From positions 64,110 to 128,109 of the forward strand of contig JFAX01000001.1 in the NCBI GenBank assembly GCA_000585015.1: a DNA stretch of 64,000 nt, in the 5' to 3' direction. The stretch is from Candidatus Accumulibacter adjunctus. Its GTDB lineage: Bacteria > Pseudomonadota > Gammaproteobacteria > Burkholderiales > Rhodocyclaceae. The notes under the pieces are model-generated. The model was not told the DNA's origin. It saw only the letters and a list, made by a program, of their open reading frames with translations, and did not search any database. The first letter of the stretch is position 1. The number at the start of each line of letters is the position of its first letter. The position numbers and the translations under genes were made by a program. Of the stretch, positions 29,438 to 41,239 are shown one piece after another.

Positions 29438-31612
29438 ATGTCCAACGAGAACAAGCCTGAACTGCCGAATTCCGCCAATCTCGACGCCTGGAAGAAGGCC
29501 GCCAGCAAGTCCGCCCCGGGTGGCAACGTCGACGCCCTGAACTGGGTGACGCCCGAGGGCATCGTCGTCAAGCCGCTGTATACGAGGAAAGATGTCGAGG
29601 ACCTGCAGTACACCGACACCCTGCCCGGCTTGGCGCCGTTCGTCCGTGGCCCGCAGGCGACGATGTACGCCGTGCGGCCGTGGACCATCCGTCAGTACGC
29701 CGGCTTTTCCACCGCCGAGGCGTCGAACGCCTTCTACCGCAAGGCGCTGGCTGCCGGCGGCCAGGGTGTCTCGGTTGCCTTCGACCTGGCGACGCACCGC
29801 GGCTACGATTCCGACCATCCGCGGGTCACCGGTGACGTCGGCAAGGCGGGTGTGGCGATCGATTCGGTGGAGGACATGAAGATCCTGTTCAATGGCATCC
29901 CGCTGGAGAAGATCTCGGTGTCGATGACGATGAACGGCGCCGTGCTGCCGATCCTCGCCGGCTACATCGTCGCTGCCGAAGAGCAGGGCGTGCCGCAGGA
30001 CAAGTTGTCGGGAACGATCCAGAACGACATCCTCAAGGAGTTCATGGTCCGCAACACCTATATCTATCCGCCAAAGCCCTCGATGCGGATCATCTCCGAC
30101 ATCATCGGCTACACGGCTCACCACATGCCGAAGTTCAACTCGATCTCGATCTCCGGTTACCACATGCAGGAAGCCGGCGCGACACAGGCACTGGAACTCG
30201 CGTTCACCATCGCTGACGGGCGCGAATACGTGAAGACGGCGCTCGCCTCGGGTCTCGACGTTGACGAGTTTGCGGGGCGGCTGTCGTTCTTCTTCGCCAT
30301 CGGCATGAACTTCTACCTCGAGGTTGCCAAACTGCGCGCTGCGCGCCTGCTGTGGTGGCGGGTCATGCGCGAGTTCTCGCCGAAGAGCCCGAAGTCGATG
30401 ATGCTGCGCACCCACTGCCAGACCTCCGGCTGGTCGCTGACCGAGCAGGATCCCTACAACAATGTCGTGCGCACGACGATCGAGGCGATGGCCGCCGTCT
30501 TTGGCGGCACGCAGTCGCTGCACACGAATGCCCTCGACGAGGCGATCGCCCTGCCGACCGAGTTCTCTGCGCGCATCGCCCGCAACACGCAGCTGATCAT
30601 CCAGGAAGAGACGCACATCACCAACGTCATCGATCCGTGGGCCGGTTCGTACATGATGGAGAAGCTGACGCAGGACCTGGTCGACGAGGCATGGAAGCTC
30701 ATCGAGGAGGTGGAGAGCATGGGCGGCATGACGCACGCCGTCGAATCCGGCTGGGCGAAGATGAAGATCGAAGGCTGTGCCGCCGACAAGCAGGCGCGAA
30801 TCGACTCGGGCAAGGACGTCATCGTTGGCGTGAACAAGTACAAGCTGGCGAAAGAGGACGCGATCGACATTCTGGACATCGACAACAACGCCGTGCGCGA
30901 GGCGCAGGTGGCGCGCCTGAAGTCGGTCCGTGGAAGCCGCGACAGCGCCAAGGTCGACGCGGCGCTTGCCGACCTGACCCGTTGCGCGGAGACCGGTGAG
31001 GGCAACCTGCTCGACATGGCGGTGCGCGCGATGCGGCTGCGGGCCACCGTCGGCGAAGTGTCGGACGCCATGGAGAAGGTTTTCGGGCGCTTCCGCGCGA
31101 CACAGCAGACCGTTTCCGGGGTTTACGGCGCGGTTGTCGACGGCTTGGCGAGCTGGGAGACGCTGAAGGCCGAGATCCTCAAGTTCAACGAGGAAGAGGG
31201 ACGTCGGCCGCGGATCATGATCGCCAAGCTCGGGCAGGATGGCCACGACCGTGGCGCCAAGGTGGTTGCCACCGCTTTCGCCGATCTCGGCTTCGACATC
31301 GACGTCGGACCGCTGTTCCAGACGCCCGAAGAGGCCGCGCGGCTGGCGATCGAGAACGACGTCCACGCCGTCGGCGTGTCCTCGCTCGCCGCCGGCCACA
31401 AGACCTTGCTGCCGGCTCTCGTGCGCGCACTCAAGGAGCAGGGAGCCGATGACATCATCGTCTTCGCCGGCGGCGTCATCCCGGCGCAGGACTATGACTT
31501 CCTCTTCCAGGCCGGCGCGAAGGCCATTTTTGGCCCCGGCACACGCATCGAGGATTCGGCCATGACGGTTCTGGCAGAGATTCGCAAGGCGCGCGCAACC
31601 GCCGCCGCCTGA
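29438..31612 (+). CDS. methylmalonyl-CoA mutase (single-chain, with B12-binding domain)
   Basis: ORF 28823..31612 trimmed to the ATG at 29438 ([12 protein letters not shown]), because the upstream part runs antisense through the GntR gene. Has [15 protein letters not shown] and the C-terminal cobalamin motif [12 protein letters not shown]. 724 aa. Confidence 0.93.
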   Translation: MSNENKPELPNSANLDAWKKAASKSAPGGNVDALNWVTPEGIVVKPLYTRKDVEDLQYTDTLPGLAPFVRGPQATMYAVRPWTIRQYAGFSTAEASNAFYRKALAAGGQGVSVAFDLATHRGYDSDHPRVTGDVGKAGVAIDSVEDMKILFNGIPLEKISVSMTMNGAVLPILAGYIVAAEEQGVPQDKLSGTIQNDILKEFMVRNTYIYPPKPSMRIISDIIGYTAHHMPKFNSISISGYHMQEAGATQALELAFTIADGREYVKTALASGLDVDEFAGRLSFFFAIGMNFYLEVAKLRAARLLWWRVMREFSPKSPKSMMLRTHCQTSGWSLTEQDPYNNVVRTTIEAMAAVFGGTQSLHTNALDEAIALPTEFSARIARNTQLIIQEETHITNVIDPWAGSYMMEKLTQDLVDEAWKLIEEVESMGGMTHAVESGWAKMKIEGCAADKQARIDSGKDVIVGVNKYKLAKEDAIDILDIDNNAVREAQVARLKSVRGSRDSAKVDAALADLTRCAETGEGNLLDMAVRAMRLRATVGEVSDAMEKVFGRFRATQQTVSGVYGAVVDGLASWETLKAEILKFNEEEGRRPRIMIAKLGQDGHDRGAKVVATAFADLGFDIDVGPLFQTPEEAARLAIENDVHAVGVSSLAAGHKTLLPALVRALKEQGADDIIVFAGGVIPAQDYDFLFQAGAKAIFGPGTRIEDSAMTVLAEIRKARATAAA

Positions 31613-31644
31613 GCGGTTTCGTTGCCGGCGAGCAGGAATTGGAT

Positions 31645-32643
31645 ATGAGCACTGCAACAGCCGGCAGCCTTTCGGCTGCCGACCAGCACCTCGTGGACGG
31701 CGTTCTCGCCGGTCGCCGGCGGGCGCTGGCAAAGACCATCACGCTAGTCGAGTCGACCCATGGTGAGCACCAGCGGCGCGCACGCCAAGTGCTCGCCGCA
31801 CTGCTGCCGCACACCGGGCGAACGATCCGTGTCGGTATCTCGGGCGCTCCCGGCGCCGGCAAGTCGACCTTCATCGAGTCGCTCGGGCTCTACCTCATCG
31901 AGGCCGGGCGACGGGTTGCCGTGCTTGCCGTCGACCCGTCGTCGTCGGTCTCCGGGGGCTCGATCCTTGGCGACAAGACGCGCATGGAGCTGCTCTGTCA
32001 GCGCGACGAGGCTTTCATCCGGCCAAGTCCATCGGCCGGTTCGCTCGGTGGGGTCGCTGACAAGACGCGCGAGGCGATGCTTGTCTGCGAAGCGGCCGGT
32101 TTCGATGTCATCATCGTCGAGACGGTCGGTGTCGGGCAGTCGGAAACCACGGTCGCCGGCATGGTCGATGCCTTCGTCCTGCTGCAGTTGCCGAACGCCG
32201 GCGACGACCTGCAGGCGATCAAGAAGGGCATCGTCGAGATTGCCGACCTGATCGTCTTCAACAAGGCCGACATCGATGAGCGGGCGGCGGCCTTCGCCCG
32301 CAACCAGATGCGCGCCGCACTGACCATGCTGCGCAGCACGAGCCCGAACTGGCGACCGCCCGTGCTGACGATGAGCGCGCTTGCCAAGCGCGGCATCGCG
32401 GAGTTCTGGGCCGAGGTGGAGCGCTATCGGACGACGATGCTGGCCAGCGGCGAGTTCGATGACAAGCGACGCCGCCAGGCCGTCGACTGGATGTGGAATC
32501 TGATCGACTCCGGTCTGCGGCAGTACTTTCGTTCGCACACCACCGTGCGCTCCGCGCTGCCCGTCCTGACGGGCGATGTCGCCGAGGGGCGTACGACACC
32601 CGGTGCCGCGGCGTCCCGTCTGCTGGCCTATCTGAAACACTGA
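31645..32643 (+). CDS. meaB: methylmalonyl-CoA mutase-associated GTPase MeaB/ArgK
   Basis: P-loop GISGAPGAGKSTFIE, then VETVGVGQSE and NKAD. The ATG at 31645 lies 7 nt after AGGA. Confidence 0.92.
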   Translation: MSTATAGSLSAADQHLVDGVLAGRRRALAKTITLVESTHGEHQRRARQVLAALLPHTGRTIRVGISGAPGAGKSTFIESLGLYLIEAGRRVAVLAVDPSSSVSGGSILGDKTRMELLCQRDEAFIRPSPSAGSLGGVADKTREAMLVCEAAGFDVIIVETVGVGQSETTVAGMVDAFVLLQLPNAGDDLQAIKKGIVEIADLIVFNKADIDERAAAFARNQMRAALTMLRSTSPNWRPPVLTMSALAKRGIAEFWAEVERYRTTMLASGEFDDKRRRQAVDWMWNLIDSGLRQYFRSHTTVRSALPVLTGDVAEGRTTPGAAASRLLAYLKH

Positions 32644-32745
32644 GAGCACAACACAAGACGCACCCGCCTGCCGGGGGCGGTTCAAGCGATATCTCCGACC
32701 TGTTTGAGTAGTTCTGATTGACGCGACCGTTAGGGAGTAGAACTT

Positions 32746-34278
<1,533 letters not shown>

Positions 34279-34297
34279 TACCCGGGGAGAAATAGTG

Positions 34298-36286
34298 ATG
34301 TTCAAGAAGATTCTGATCGCCAACCGGGGCGAAATCGCCTGCCGGGTGATGAAGACCGCCAAGAAGATGGGCATCAAGACGGTCGCCGTCTACTCCGAAG
34401 CGGACAAGGATTCGATGCACGTGATGATGGCCGACGAAGCCGTCTGCATCGGTCCGCCTCCGTCGAAGGAGTCGTATCTGGTCATCGACAAGATCATCGA
34501 CGCGTGCAAGCGGACCGGCGCCGAGGCCGTGCATCCGGGTTACGGCTTCCTGTCGGAGAACGAGGAGTTCTCACGACGCCTCGAGGAGAGCGGTATCGTC
34601 TTCATCGGTCCGAAGCATTATTCGGTGGCGGCGATGGGCGACAAGATCGCCTCGAAGAAACTGGCGATGGAGGCGGGGGTCAACACCATCCCCGGTTACA
34701 ACGCCGAGATCGCCGATGCCGCACAGGCGGTGTCGATTGCCAGTGGCATCGGTTACCCGGTGATGATCAAGGCTTCCGCCGGCGGCGGCGGCAAGGGCCT
34801 GCGAGTCGCCTTCAACGACAAGGAAGCGGCCGAGGGATTCGATGCCTGTCGCAACGAGGCACGCAACAGCTTCGGTGACGACCGCGTCTTCATCGAGAAG
34901 TTCGTCGAGGGTCCGCACCACATCGAGATCCAGGTCATCGCTGACTCCTTTGGCAACACCGCGTACCTGTTCGAACGTGAATGCTCGATCCAGCGCCGCC
35001 ACCAGAAGGTCCTCGAAGAGGCACCGTCGCCGTTCATCGACGAGAAGATCCGCAAGGCGATGGGCGAGCAGGCGGTCGCGCTGGCGAAAGCAGTGAAGTA
35101 CCAGAGCGCGGGAACGGTCGAGTTCGTCGTCGGCTCGGACAAGTCGTTCTATTTCCTGGAGATGAACACCCGCCTGCAGGTCGAGCACCCGGTGACCGAG
35201 ATGATCACGGGGTTGGACCTCGTCGAGCTGATGATCCGCGTCGCTGCCGGGGAGAAACTGCCCTTTGCCCAGGAGGATCTGAAGATCAATGGTTGGGCCA
35301 TCGAGTGCCGGATCAACGCCGAGGATCCGTTCCGCGGCTTCCTGCCGTCGGTCGGGCGTCTCGTCAAGTACCGGCCGCCCGAGGTCACCGAAGGCCAGGT
35401 GCGGGTGGACACCGGCGTCTTCGAGGGTGGTGAGATCTCGATGTACTACGATTCGATGATCGCCAAGCTGATCTGCCATGGTGGCACCCGTGACCAGGCG
35501 GTCAGCCGCGTGCGTGACGCGCTCAACGCTTTCGTCATCCGCGGCATCGATTCGAACATCCCGTTCCAGGCGGCGTTGATGCAGAATCAGCGCTTCCTCT
35601 CGGGCGTGTTTACCACGTCGTTCATCGCCGAGGAGTTCCCGAACGGTTTTGATGAGTCCTGCGTGGTGCACCAGGATCCGGGCCTGCTCGCCGCGCTTGC
35701 CGCCTTTGGTCGTCGTCGTTACATCGATCGGGCCGTCCAGATCAGCGACCAGATGCCGGGGCACCAGCGCAAGGTCGGCAAGGACTGGGTCGTCCAGATG
35801 GAAGGCAAGGACTACCCCGTTTCGCTCGAGCCGATCCCGGGCGGCTACTCGGCCACCCACGGTGGCGACACCTACGATCTCGTGTCCAACTGGATGTTCG
35901 GTGAACTCGTCTTCCGCGGCACCTGCAACGGCTCGCCGATCTGCCTGCAGCTCGAGCGCATCGGCCTGCTCTATCGCGTGGTTCATTTCGGCAAGCAGGT
36001 CAAGGCGACGGTGATGACCGCCAATGCGGCGCGCATGCTTGCGCTGATGCCGAAGAAGGTACCGCCGGATCTGTCGAAGTTCCTCCTCTCGCCGATGCCG
36101 GGGCTGCTGCGAGAGGTGGCCGTGGCGAACGGGCAGGATGTGGCTGCTGGCGAGAAGCTGGCCGTGATCGAAGCGATGAAGATGGAGAATGTTCTCAAGG
36201 CGGAGCGCGACTGCAAGGTCAAGAAGGTCGTTGCCTCTCCGGGCGAGAGTCTTTCCGTCGATCAGGTCATCATCGAGTTCGAGTGA
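34298..36286 (+). CDS. pccA: propionyl/acetyl-CoA carboxylase alpha subunit (biotin carboxylase + BCCP)
   Basis: KILIANRGEIACRV, a biotin carboxylase ATP-grasp domain, and the C-terminal biotinylation motif EAMKMEN. Confidence 0.92.
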   Translation: MFKKILIANRGEIACRVMKTAKKMGIKTVAVYSEADKDSMHVMMADEAVCIGPPPSKESYLVIDKIIDACKRTGAEAVHPGYGFLSENEEFSRRLEESGIVFIGPKHYSVAAMGDKIASKKLAMEAGVNTIPGYNAEIADAAQAVSIASGIGYPVMIKASAGGGGKGLRVAFNDKEAAEGFDACRNEARNSFGDDRVFIEKFVEGPHHIEIQVIADSFGNTAYLFERECSIQRRHQKVLEEAPSPFIDEKIRKAMGEQAVALAKAVKYQSAGTVEFVVGSDKSFYFLEMNTRLQVEHPVTEMITGLDLVELMIRVAAGEKLPFAQEDLKINGWAIECRINAEDPFRGFLPSVGRLVKYRPPEVTEGQVRVDTGVFEGGEISMYYDSMIAKLICHGGTRDQAVSRVRDALNAFVIRGIDSNIPFQAALMQNQRFLSGVFTTSFIAEEFPNGFDESCVVHQDPGLLAALAAFGRRRYIDRAVQISDQMPGHQRKVGKDWVVQMEGKDYPVSLEPIPGGYSATHGGDTYDLVSNWMFGELVFRGTCNGSPICLQLERIGLLYRVVHFGKQVKATVMTANAARMLALMPKKVPPDLSKFLLSPMPGLLREVAVANGQDVAAGEKLAVIEAMKMENVLKAERDCKVKKVVASPGESLSVDQVIIEFE

Positions 36287-36318
36287 GCTGCCGCTGTCGT
36301 CAGTCCGACAGCAACAAG

Positions 36319-36343
36319 AGCCCGCCGCCCGGCGGGCTTTTTT
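36319..36343 (+). terminator. rho-independent terminator of the mutase-carboxylase operon
   Basis: Perfect 8-bp GC-rich stem AGCCCGCC / GGCGGGCT, loop GCCC, followed by TTTTTT. Lies 33 nt after the pccA stop. Confidence 0.8.
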
Positions 36344-36419
36344 CGTCCTTCGTCTGCGCTGCAGCCCTTGCCTGGCGCGCATGAGACCGTCAGCGCCGAT
36401 GGCGACGGACGTGATCGGG

Positions 36420-36911
36420 TCATGATGTAGTCACTGCAGGCGTTTGGTTGCCGGCCACGTGTCCCTTCAGCAGGAAGACGCGCATCGAGCCCTTGCCCTT
36501 GACCGGAATCTCGCCCCGCTCTTCGCAGACGAAGTCCGCCGTGAGCAGGGCTCGCGTCGTTTCGCTGAGCTGAGTCTCGCCGGCGATACCCTGAGACTCC
36601 ATGCGCGAGGCGATATTGACCGTGTCACCCCAGAGGTCGTAAATGAAGCGCTTCTTGCCGATGACGCCAGCGACGACGGCGCCCGAGTTGATGCCGATGC
36701 GGATCTCGAGCCCTGGGAACTCCCTGATCGCCGCCTGCAATCGCAAAGCCAGTTCCGCGATCGCCACCGCGTGATCGGCGCGTGCCTCGGGGATTCCGGC
36801 GGCCACCATGTAGGCATCGCCGATCGTCTTGATTTTTTCGAGACCGCTCTGCTCGGTGAGATCGTCAAACCTGGAGAAGATCGCGTCGAGCAGGCCAACG
36901 ACGTTCGGCAC
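36420..36911 (-). pseudogene. class III adenylate/guanylate cyclase catalytic domain, N-terminally truncated remnant
   Basis: 163-aa ORF with cyclase core motifs KTIGDAYMVAAG and WGDTVNIASRMES. It starts inside the domain. There is an in-frame TGA at 36954-36956, and the first metal-binding Asp strand is absent (hand translation ...GSRV*LPAVENGYTSLSESVPNVV). Confidence 0.6.
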
Positions 36912-37252
36912 CGATTCCGAGAGCGAAGTGTAGCCGTTCTCGACCGCCGGCAGTCAAACGCGGCTGCCGCGCGGCACAGGCGCCGCCTTCGGGCACGGAG
37001 GATGGCGGTGTGCGAGGTCTTTGGCGGCCTCGCAGATCGAGCATGCCTCCGTCCGCGATGGGGTCGGATCAGGCGAATGCCCCGCCGGAAATCGGGCCCT
37101 GAGGAGCGACCGGATGTGCCGGTCGCTTGCGCTACAATGACTGCAGGCAGGTTCGACTTGAGCACCTGATTCATGCCTTCGCCTCGCCGCTCTACAGATA
37201 ACCTCCTCCCGGTCTCCGGGAGTCGAGAATCGCACGCTTGGAGGAACGTTCG

Positions 37253-37621
37253 ATGCCATCGTTCAATGAAATTGCCGAGTTCGTCGGCCTGCTCTTCGAC
37301 TGCCTCGGAGTTGTCGTCATCGTCCTCGGCACGCTGCTCGCCGCGGGTCGCTTGGTCATCCTGAACAGGCGCGCAGGCGATGGGTACAGGCAGTTCCGGC
37401 AGGACATCGGACGCGGAATTCTGCTCGGCCTGGAGTTTCTGGTGGCTGCGGACATCATCCGCACCGTGGCGGTGACGCCGACGCTCGAGGGCGTCCTGGT
37501 CCTTGGCCTGATCGTCCTCATCCGGACCGTCCTCAGCACGGCTCTGCAGGTCGAACTCGAGGGCCGCTGGCCCTGGCAACGGGCCAGTGAGGGCGCGGAT
37601 CGCCCACGGGAAACTCACTGA
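37253..37621 (+). CDS. DUF1622 domain-containing membrane protein
   Basis: ATG at 37253, 6 nt after GGAGGAA. Two to three TM helices. ILLGLEFLVAADIIRTV is characteristic of DUF1622. Confidence 0.7.
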   Translation: MPSFNEIAEFVGLLFDCLGVVVIVLGTLLAAGRLVILNRRAGDGYRQFRQDIGRGILLGLEFLVAADIIRTVAVTPTLEGVLVLGLIVLIRTVLSTALQVELEGRWPWQRASEGADRPRETH

Positions 37622-37645
37622 ACGAGAGTTGGGCCGTGTTCCCCG

Positions 37646-38623
37646 TCAGCTCTCCGGCGTGCGCCAGGGAAGCTCGAAGCCGCGTCGGATGGCCTGTATG
37701 CTGTCGTCGTCCAGAGTCCGATCCACCGCATCGACGATTTCGCGCAGGTTGGCGACCCGGGTCGTCCCGAATACACAACTTGCTATCCCGGGGTTGCCGA
37801 GGACGTAGGCGATGGCCGCTTGTGCCGGCGACATTTCGCTGATCGCCGCCAGGGTCTCGCGCATGTAACGCGAGCGCCTCCGCAATTGCCGGCCACTCGG
37901 TCGTAGCCATGCTCGCGCCAAGTACCAGAGGTCGGCTGGACTCCGCAGGCTGCCGATCTTTCCCTTGACGAGATGCCCCTGTCCAAGCACGGTTCCGGCG
38001 ACGACTCCCGTTCCGGCTTCCGCCAAGCGGCGGATGACCGGTTCGCGGTCGAGCTGGACGACACTGTAGTCGATCAGTGCCATGTCGAAGATCTCTGGGT
38101 GGCTTGCGACATAGGCCATGTCGGGCTCGCAGTGCGTGTTGATGCCGAGGTATCGGTACATCCCACGCCGTTTCATGGCGTAGAGGCGCTCGAGCAGCGG
38201 TTCGCTGATTTCGGCGGGAGTGATCCCGTGCAGCTGGAGGATGTCCAGGTAGCCGCAGTCGAGGTTGGCGATCGATTGCGCACAGGAACCTTCAATATGG
38301 TCGGGGGAAAAGTCCTTGACCCTGCTACCCGGGCGCCGGAAGAGCGCACCGGCTGGCACGACGGTGCCGGCTTTCGACGACACGACGACGCGCCCGCGGT
38401 CCTGCCTGAGGATTTTGCCGAGCAGTCGTCCGAGACGTGGCTCGGCATTGAATGCTGAATAGTTGTGGCCGGTATCGAAAAAGTTGATTCCGTGCTCGAT
38501 TGCTTCGCTGACCACCGCCGCCGCCTGTTTCTCCGGGAACTTGCGGTCACCCCAGTAACCGGAGCAGCCGAGGGCAACCTCGGAAACCTCGAGCCCAGTC
38601 TGGCCAAGTCGTCGGTACTTCAT
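37646..38623 (-). CDS. aldo/keto reductase
   Basis: Trimmed to MKYRRLGQTGLEVSEVALG, the typical AKR N-terminus. Also has FDTGHNY and LDILQLHG. Confidence 0.88.
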   Translation of the reverse strand: MKYRRLGQTGLEVSEVALGCSGYWGDRKFPEKQAAAVVSEAIEHGINFFDTGHNYSAFNAEPRLGRLLGKILRQDRGRVVVSSKAGTVVPAGALFRRPGSRVKDFSPDHIEGSCAQSIANLDCGYLDILQLHGITPAEISEPLLERLYAMKRRGMYRYLGINTHCEPDMAYVASHPEIFDMALIDYSVVQLDREPVIRRLAEAGTGVVAGTVLGQGHLVKGKIGSLRSPADLWYLARAWLRPSGRQLRRRSRYMRETLAAISEMSPAQAAIAYVLGNPGIASCVFGTTRVANLREIVDAVDRTLDDDSIQAIRRGFELPWRTPES

Positions 38624-38725
38624 GCCCATGCCTTCAACAGCCATCGACGGAGGGGCGCTGATCGCTGTCGCGTCTGGATCATTCGCGCCTGCCGATGTCC
38701 GCCACCGAAGCCGACCGGCCGGGGT

Positions 38726-39991
38726 TTACCGGGCCCCATCGCCAGCCCGGTCGCCGGCCCTGCTCGGCCCGGAGACCTCGTGGAGGATTCGTTCCATCCT
38801 CCGGCGCGTCTGTTCGGCCGAGAAGTGGGAGCGGACGAAGGCGAGGCCGTTGGCCCCCATGCGCTCGCGGCGCCCGGCGTCATCGAGCAACTCGCCGATC
38901 AATCTTGCCAGCTGCCGGTCGTCGTCCGGTTCAAAACCCAGTCCCGCCTGCGCCGTGTCGAGAATCCGCCGTGCCTCGCCGCGGATGCCGCACAAAACCG
39001 GCCGTGCACAGGCCATGTAGTCGATCAGCTTGGTGGGGATGGCGCCGTCAAACAAGGGAATGTCCTGCAGCGTGGCCAGGCAGAGATCTGCGGCGCTGAG
39101 ATAGACCCGCGCCTGGTCCTTGGCAACGGGTGGAAGAACGACGACATTGGCCATTTTGCCGCCCGCGACCTCGTCTTCGATCGCACCGCGGCGGAGGCCG
39201 TCGCCAACGAGCACGAAGAGGATGTCGCCGCGCTCGCGCAGCGAACGCGCCGCCCGCAGGATCACCGGGATGTTGTTCGCTTCGCCGAGGGCGCCGAAGT
39301 ACAGGATGACCTTCCTGTCCTCCCAACCGAGAGCATGGCGCGTGCGCGCCGCTCCTTGCGGATCGGGGTACAGCCGGTCGAAATCGACGCCACAGGTGAC
39401 CACCTCGAGCTTCTCCTGTGGCCAGCCGCGCGTGCGGATGTCGTCGCGAATCCCTTCGGTCAGGGCAACGATACGCGCCGACTGGTCGTAGAGCCGCCGC
39501 TCCATCCACGCCATGATGCGGATGAGCGTCCGGTTCCTGAGGATTCCCATCTGCACGGCAGATGCGGGCCACAGGTCGCGGACCTCGATCACGAGCGGAA
39601 TCCGCCGCATGCGGCAGACGAGGGCAGCAGCGAACATCGGAAAGATGGGCGGTGTCGAGGCGAGCACCAGGTCCGGTCTGTCGATGCTGAACAGGCCGGC
39701 GGCGCCGGAGAGCGAGAAGGATGCGAAGCTCAGCAGGCGACCGAGGTAGCTGCGATGCAGCTCGGAGTAGGTGAACGTGCGCAGCACCCTCACCGCGCCA
39801 TCGTGTTCTTCACGCCGCAGGCGACGGTACCACGGCAGGGTTGGCGTGTCGCGCTGCATGTACCCGGTCTCGCCGCTGACGACGGTCACCTCGTGACCAC
39901 GCCCGGCAAGGTAGTGCGCCAGCTCGTAGATGAGTGAATGGCCCGGAGCGCCCGTCCCCTGGTAGTACTGATAGACGATCGCGACCTTCAT
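38726..39991 (-). CDS. glycosyltransferase family 4 (WbuB-like)
   Basis: Trimmed to MKVAIVYQYYQGTGAPGHS. GT-B fold with a C-terminal E..(7)E-type region (PTKLIDYMACARPVL). Start is ATGA-coupled to the upstream GT gene (39988-39991). Confidence 0.82.
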   Translation of the reverse strand: MKVAIVYQYYQGTGAPGHSLIYELAHYLAGRGHEVTVVSGETGYMQRDTPTLPWYRRLRREEHDGAVRVLRTFTYSELHRSYLGRLLSFASFSLSGAAGLFSIDRPDLVLASTPPIFPMFAAALVCRMRRIPLVIEVRDLWPASAVQMGILRNRTLIRIMAWMERRLYDQSARIVALTEGIRDDIRTRGWPQEKLEVVTCGVDFDRLYPDPQGAARTRHALGWEDRKVILYFGALGEANNIPVILRAARSLRERGDILFVLVGDGLRRGAIEDEVAGGKMANVVVLPPVAKDQARVYLSAADLCLATLQDIPLFDGAIPTKLIDYMACARPVLCGIRGEARRILDTAQAGLGFEPDDDRQLARLIGELLDDAGRRERMGANGLAFVRSHFSAEQTRRRMERILHEVSGPSRAGDRAGDGAR

Positions 39992-41235
39992 CGCAGCGCC
40001 TCGTAGATCGCCAGGAGTTTTCCTTCCTCCGCCTCCCAACAGACAGCCTTGCGCGTCTGTCGGAGATTCTCCCGCCAGAAGTCGAGGCGCGCCTCGTCGC
40101 CGAAAAGCTCGTCGATCAGCGAGGCCACGGCCGGGGCACTGCTCATGTCGCCGACGAGGCCAATTCCTCGTCCGGCGACCATGCTCCTGATTTCCGGCAA
40201 GTCGCTGCCGAGTATGGGGACGCCGGCGGCGATGAACTCGAACAGCTTGTTTGGTGTGCAGAAGTAGTTGTTGAGACAGGTCGCCCGGTACGGGATCACG
40301 CCAGCATCAGCCGCGGCGGTATGGCTCAGCAGTTCATGCTGAGGAACCGCGGCCTGGAAGAAGACTCTTTGGGTGCCCGGCTGCCGCCGGGCCTCGCGCG
40401 TCAGTCGCTGCTTCAATGCCCCGTCTCCAAGGATCACCAGGACGATCTCCGGATTCTTCACGTGGCGCATGGCTGCAACCAGCGCCTGCAGGTTCCTGTT
40501 GGCCGACAGGCCGCCCTGGAAGAGGAGAATCTTCCGCGTCGCCGGCAGCCCGAAAAGCTCATGAAAGAGTCGCGAGCTGTGCGTAGCGTCGGTCGCCCTT
40601 TCGGCATTGCTGATGACATGCACCTGGGAGAGCGCATGACGACGGGCGAGTTCGCCGGCGATCGACTGGTTGATGGTCATCACCGCGTCGCAATTGCCAA
40701 TGTAGCGCGCCTCGATCTCTGCCCACCGCCTCCTCTCGCGAGCGGAGAACTCCTGCTCGCTGTAGAGCTCGTGGCTGTCGTAGACCAGGCGCGCAGCGCA
40801 GCCGCGCGCGACCTGGCTGGCGACTGGCAACATCGGCAGATCGTGCGCAACGACGACTCGCGGCGCGAAGCGTGATGCGACGTCGCCGTACAGCCTGGCG
40901 TGAAAGGTCTCCTGATCGACGAGGAACCGCCAGGCGAGCCGCTTCAAGCTGCGCATCATGGCGCCATTCATTGGCAGGCGTCTGGCGAGCTGGCGATACC
41001 CGTAAGCCACTTGCTGTTCGCGCCCTCCCCCCTGGCCGCCAGCGCCTGCGCGGACCACTCTCGGCTCGTCGCGTCGCTCGGTGTCGTCATCCGTCATCGC
41101 CAGGATCGTCACTCGCCAGCCGGCCTTTTCGAGGCTGTCGGCCTGCAGGAGGATTCGCCGGTCGATCTGCCGGTCTGCCGTCAGCATCAGGATCGAGTTC
41201 GATTCGTGGTCCTGACGCGCTGCTGCAGCGTCCAT
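39988..41235 (-). CDS. glycosyltransferase family 4/group 1
   Basis: 415 aa. GT-B features (VAHDLPMLP, YDSHELY, LLFQGGLSANRNL, PNKLFEFIAAGVPIL). Confidence 0.8.
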   Translation of the reverse strand: MDAAAARQDHESNSILMLTADRQIDRRILLQADSLEKAGWRVTILAMTDDDTERRDEPRVVRAGAGGQGGGREQQVAYGYRQLARRLPMNGAMMRSLKRLAWRFLVDQETFHARLYGDVASRFAPRVVVAHDLPMLPVASQVARGCAARLVYDSHELYSEQEFSARERRRWAEIEARYIGNCDAVMTINQSIAGELARRHALSQVHVISNAERATDATHSSRLFHELFGLPATRKILLFQGGLSANRNLQALVAAMRHVKNPEIVLVILGDGALKQRLTREARRQPGTQRVFFQAAVPQHELLSHTAAADAGVIPYRATCLNNYFCTPNKLFEFIAAGVPILGSDLPEIRSMVAGRGIGLVGDMSSAPAVASLIDELFGDEARLDFWRENLRQTRKAVCWEAEEGKLLAIYEALR

Positions 41236-41239
41236 GACT

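Noticed and set aside
29303-31732. 809-aa minus-strand ORF opposite the methylmalonyl-CoA mutase gene. Similar cases are 34571-36382 (603 aa, opposite pccA), 11040-12824 (594 aa, opposite trkH/hemE) and 19861-20622
   Set aside because: The reasoning is the same. These are antisense shadow ORFs with no recognisable domains, and the sense-strand genes are certain.
37145-37170. GGTTCGA sequence reminiscent of a tRNA T-arm
   Set aside because: The flanking bases do not form a T-stem (GCAGG versus TGAGC). I could not fold an acceptor stem or anticodon arm around it.
36467-37618. 383-aa minus-strand ORF covering the cyclase remnant, the spacer and the DUF1622 gene
   Set aside because: It is out of frame with the cyclase motifs and antisense to the DUF1622 gene. 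The sequence is low-complexity and Arg-rich.
37622-38725. Search for an integrase, transposase, tRNA or direct repeats marking the left end of the glycan locus
   Set aside because: None were found in the window. The only boundary marks are the pccA terminator and the decayed cyclase gene, so an island-type insertion mechanism cannot be claimed.
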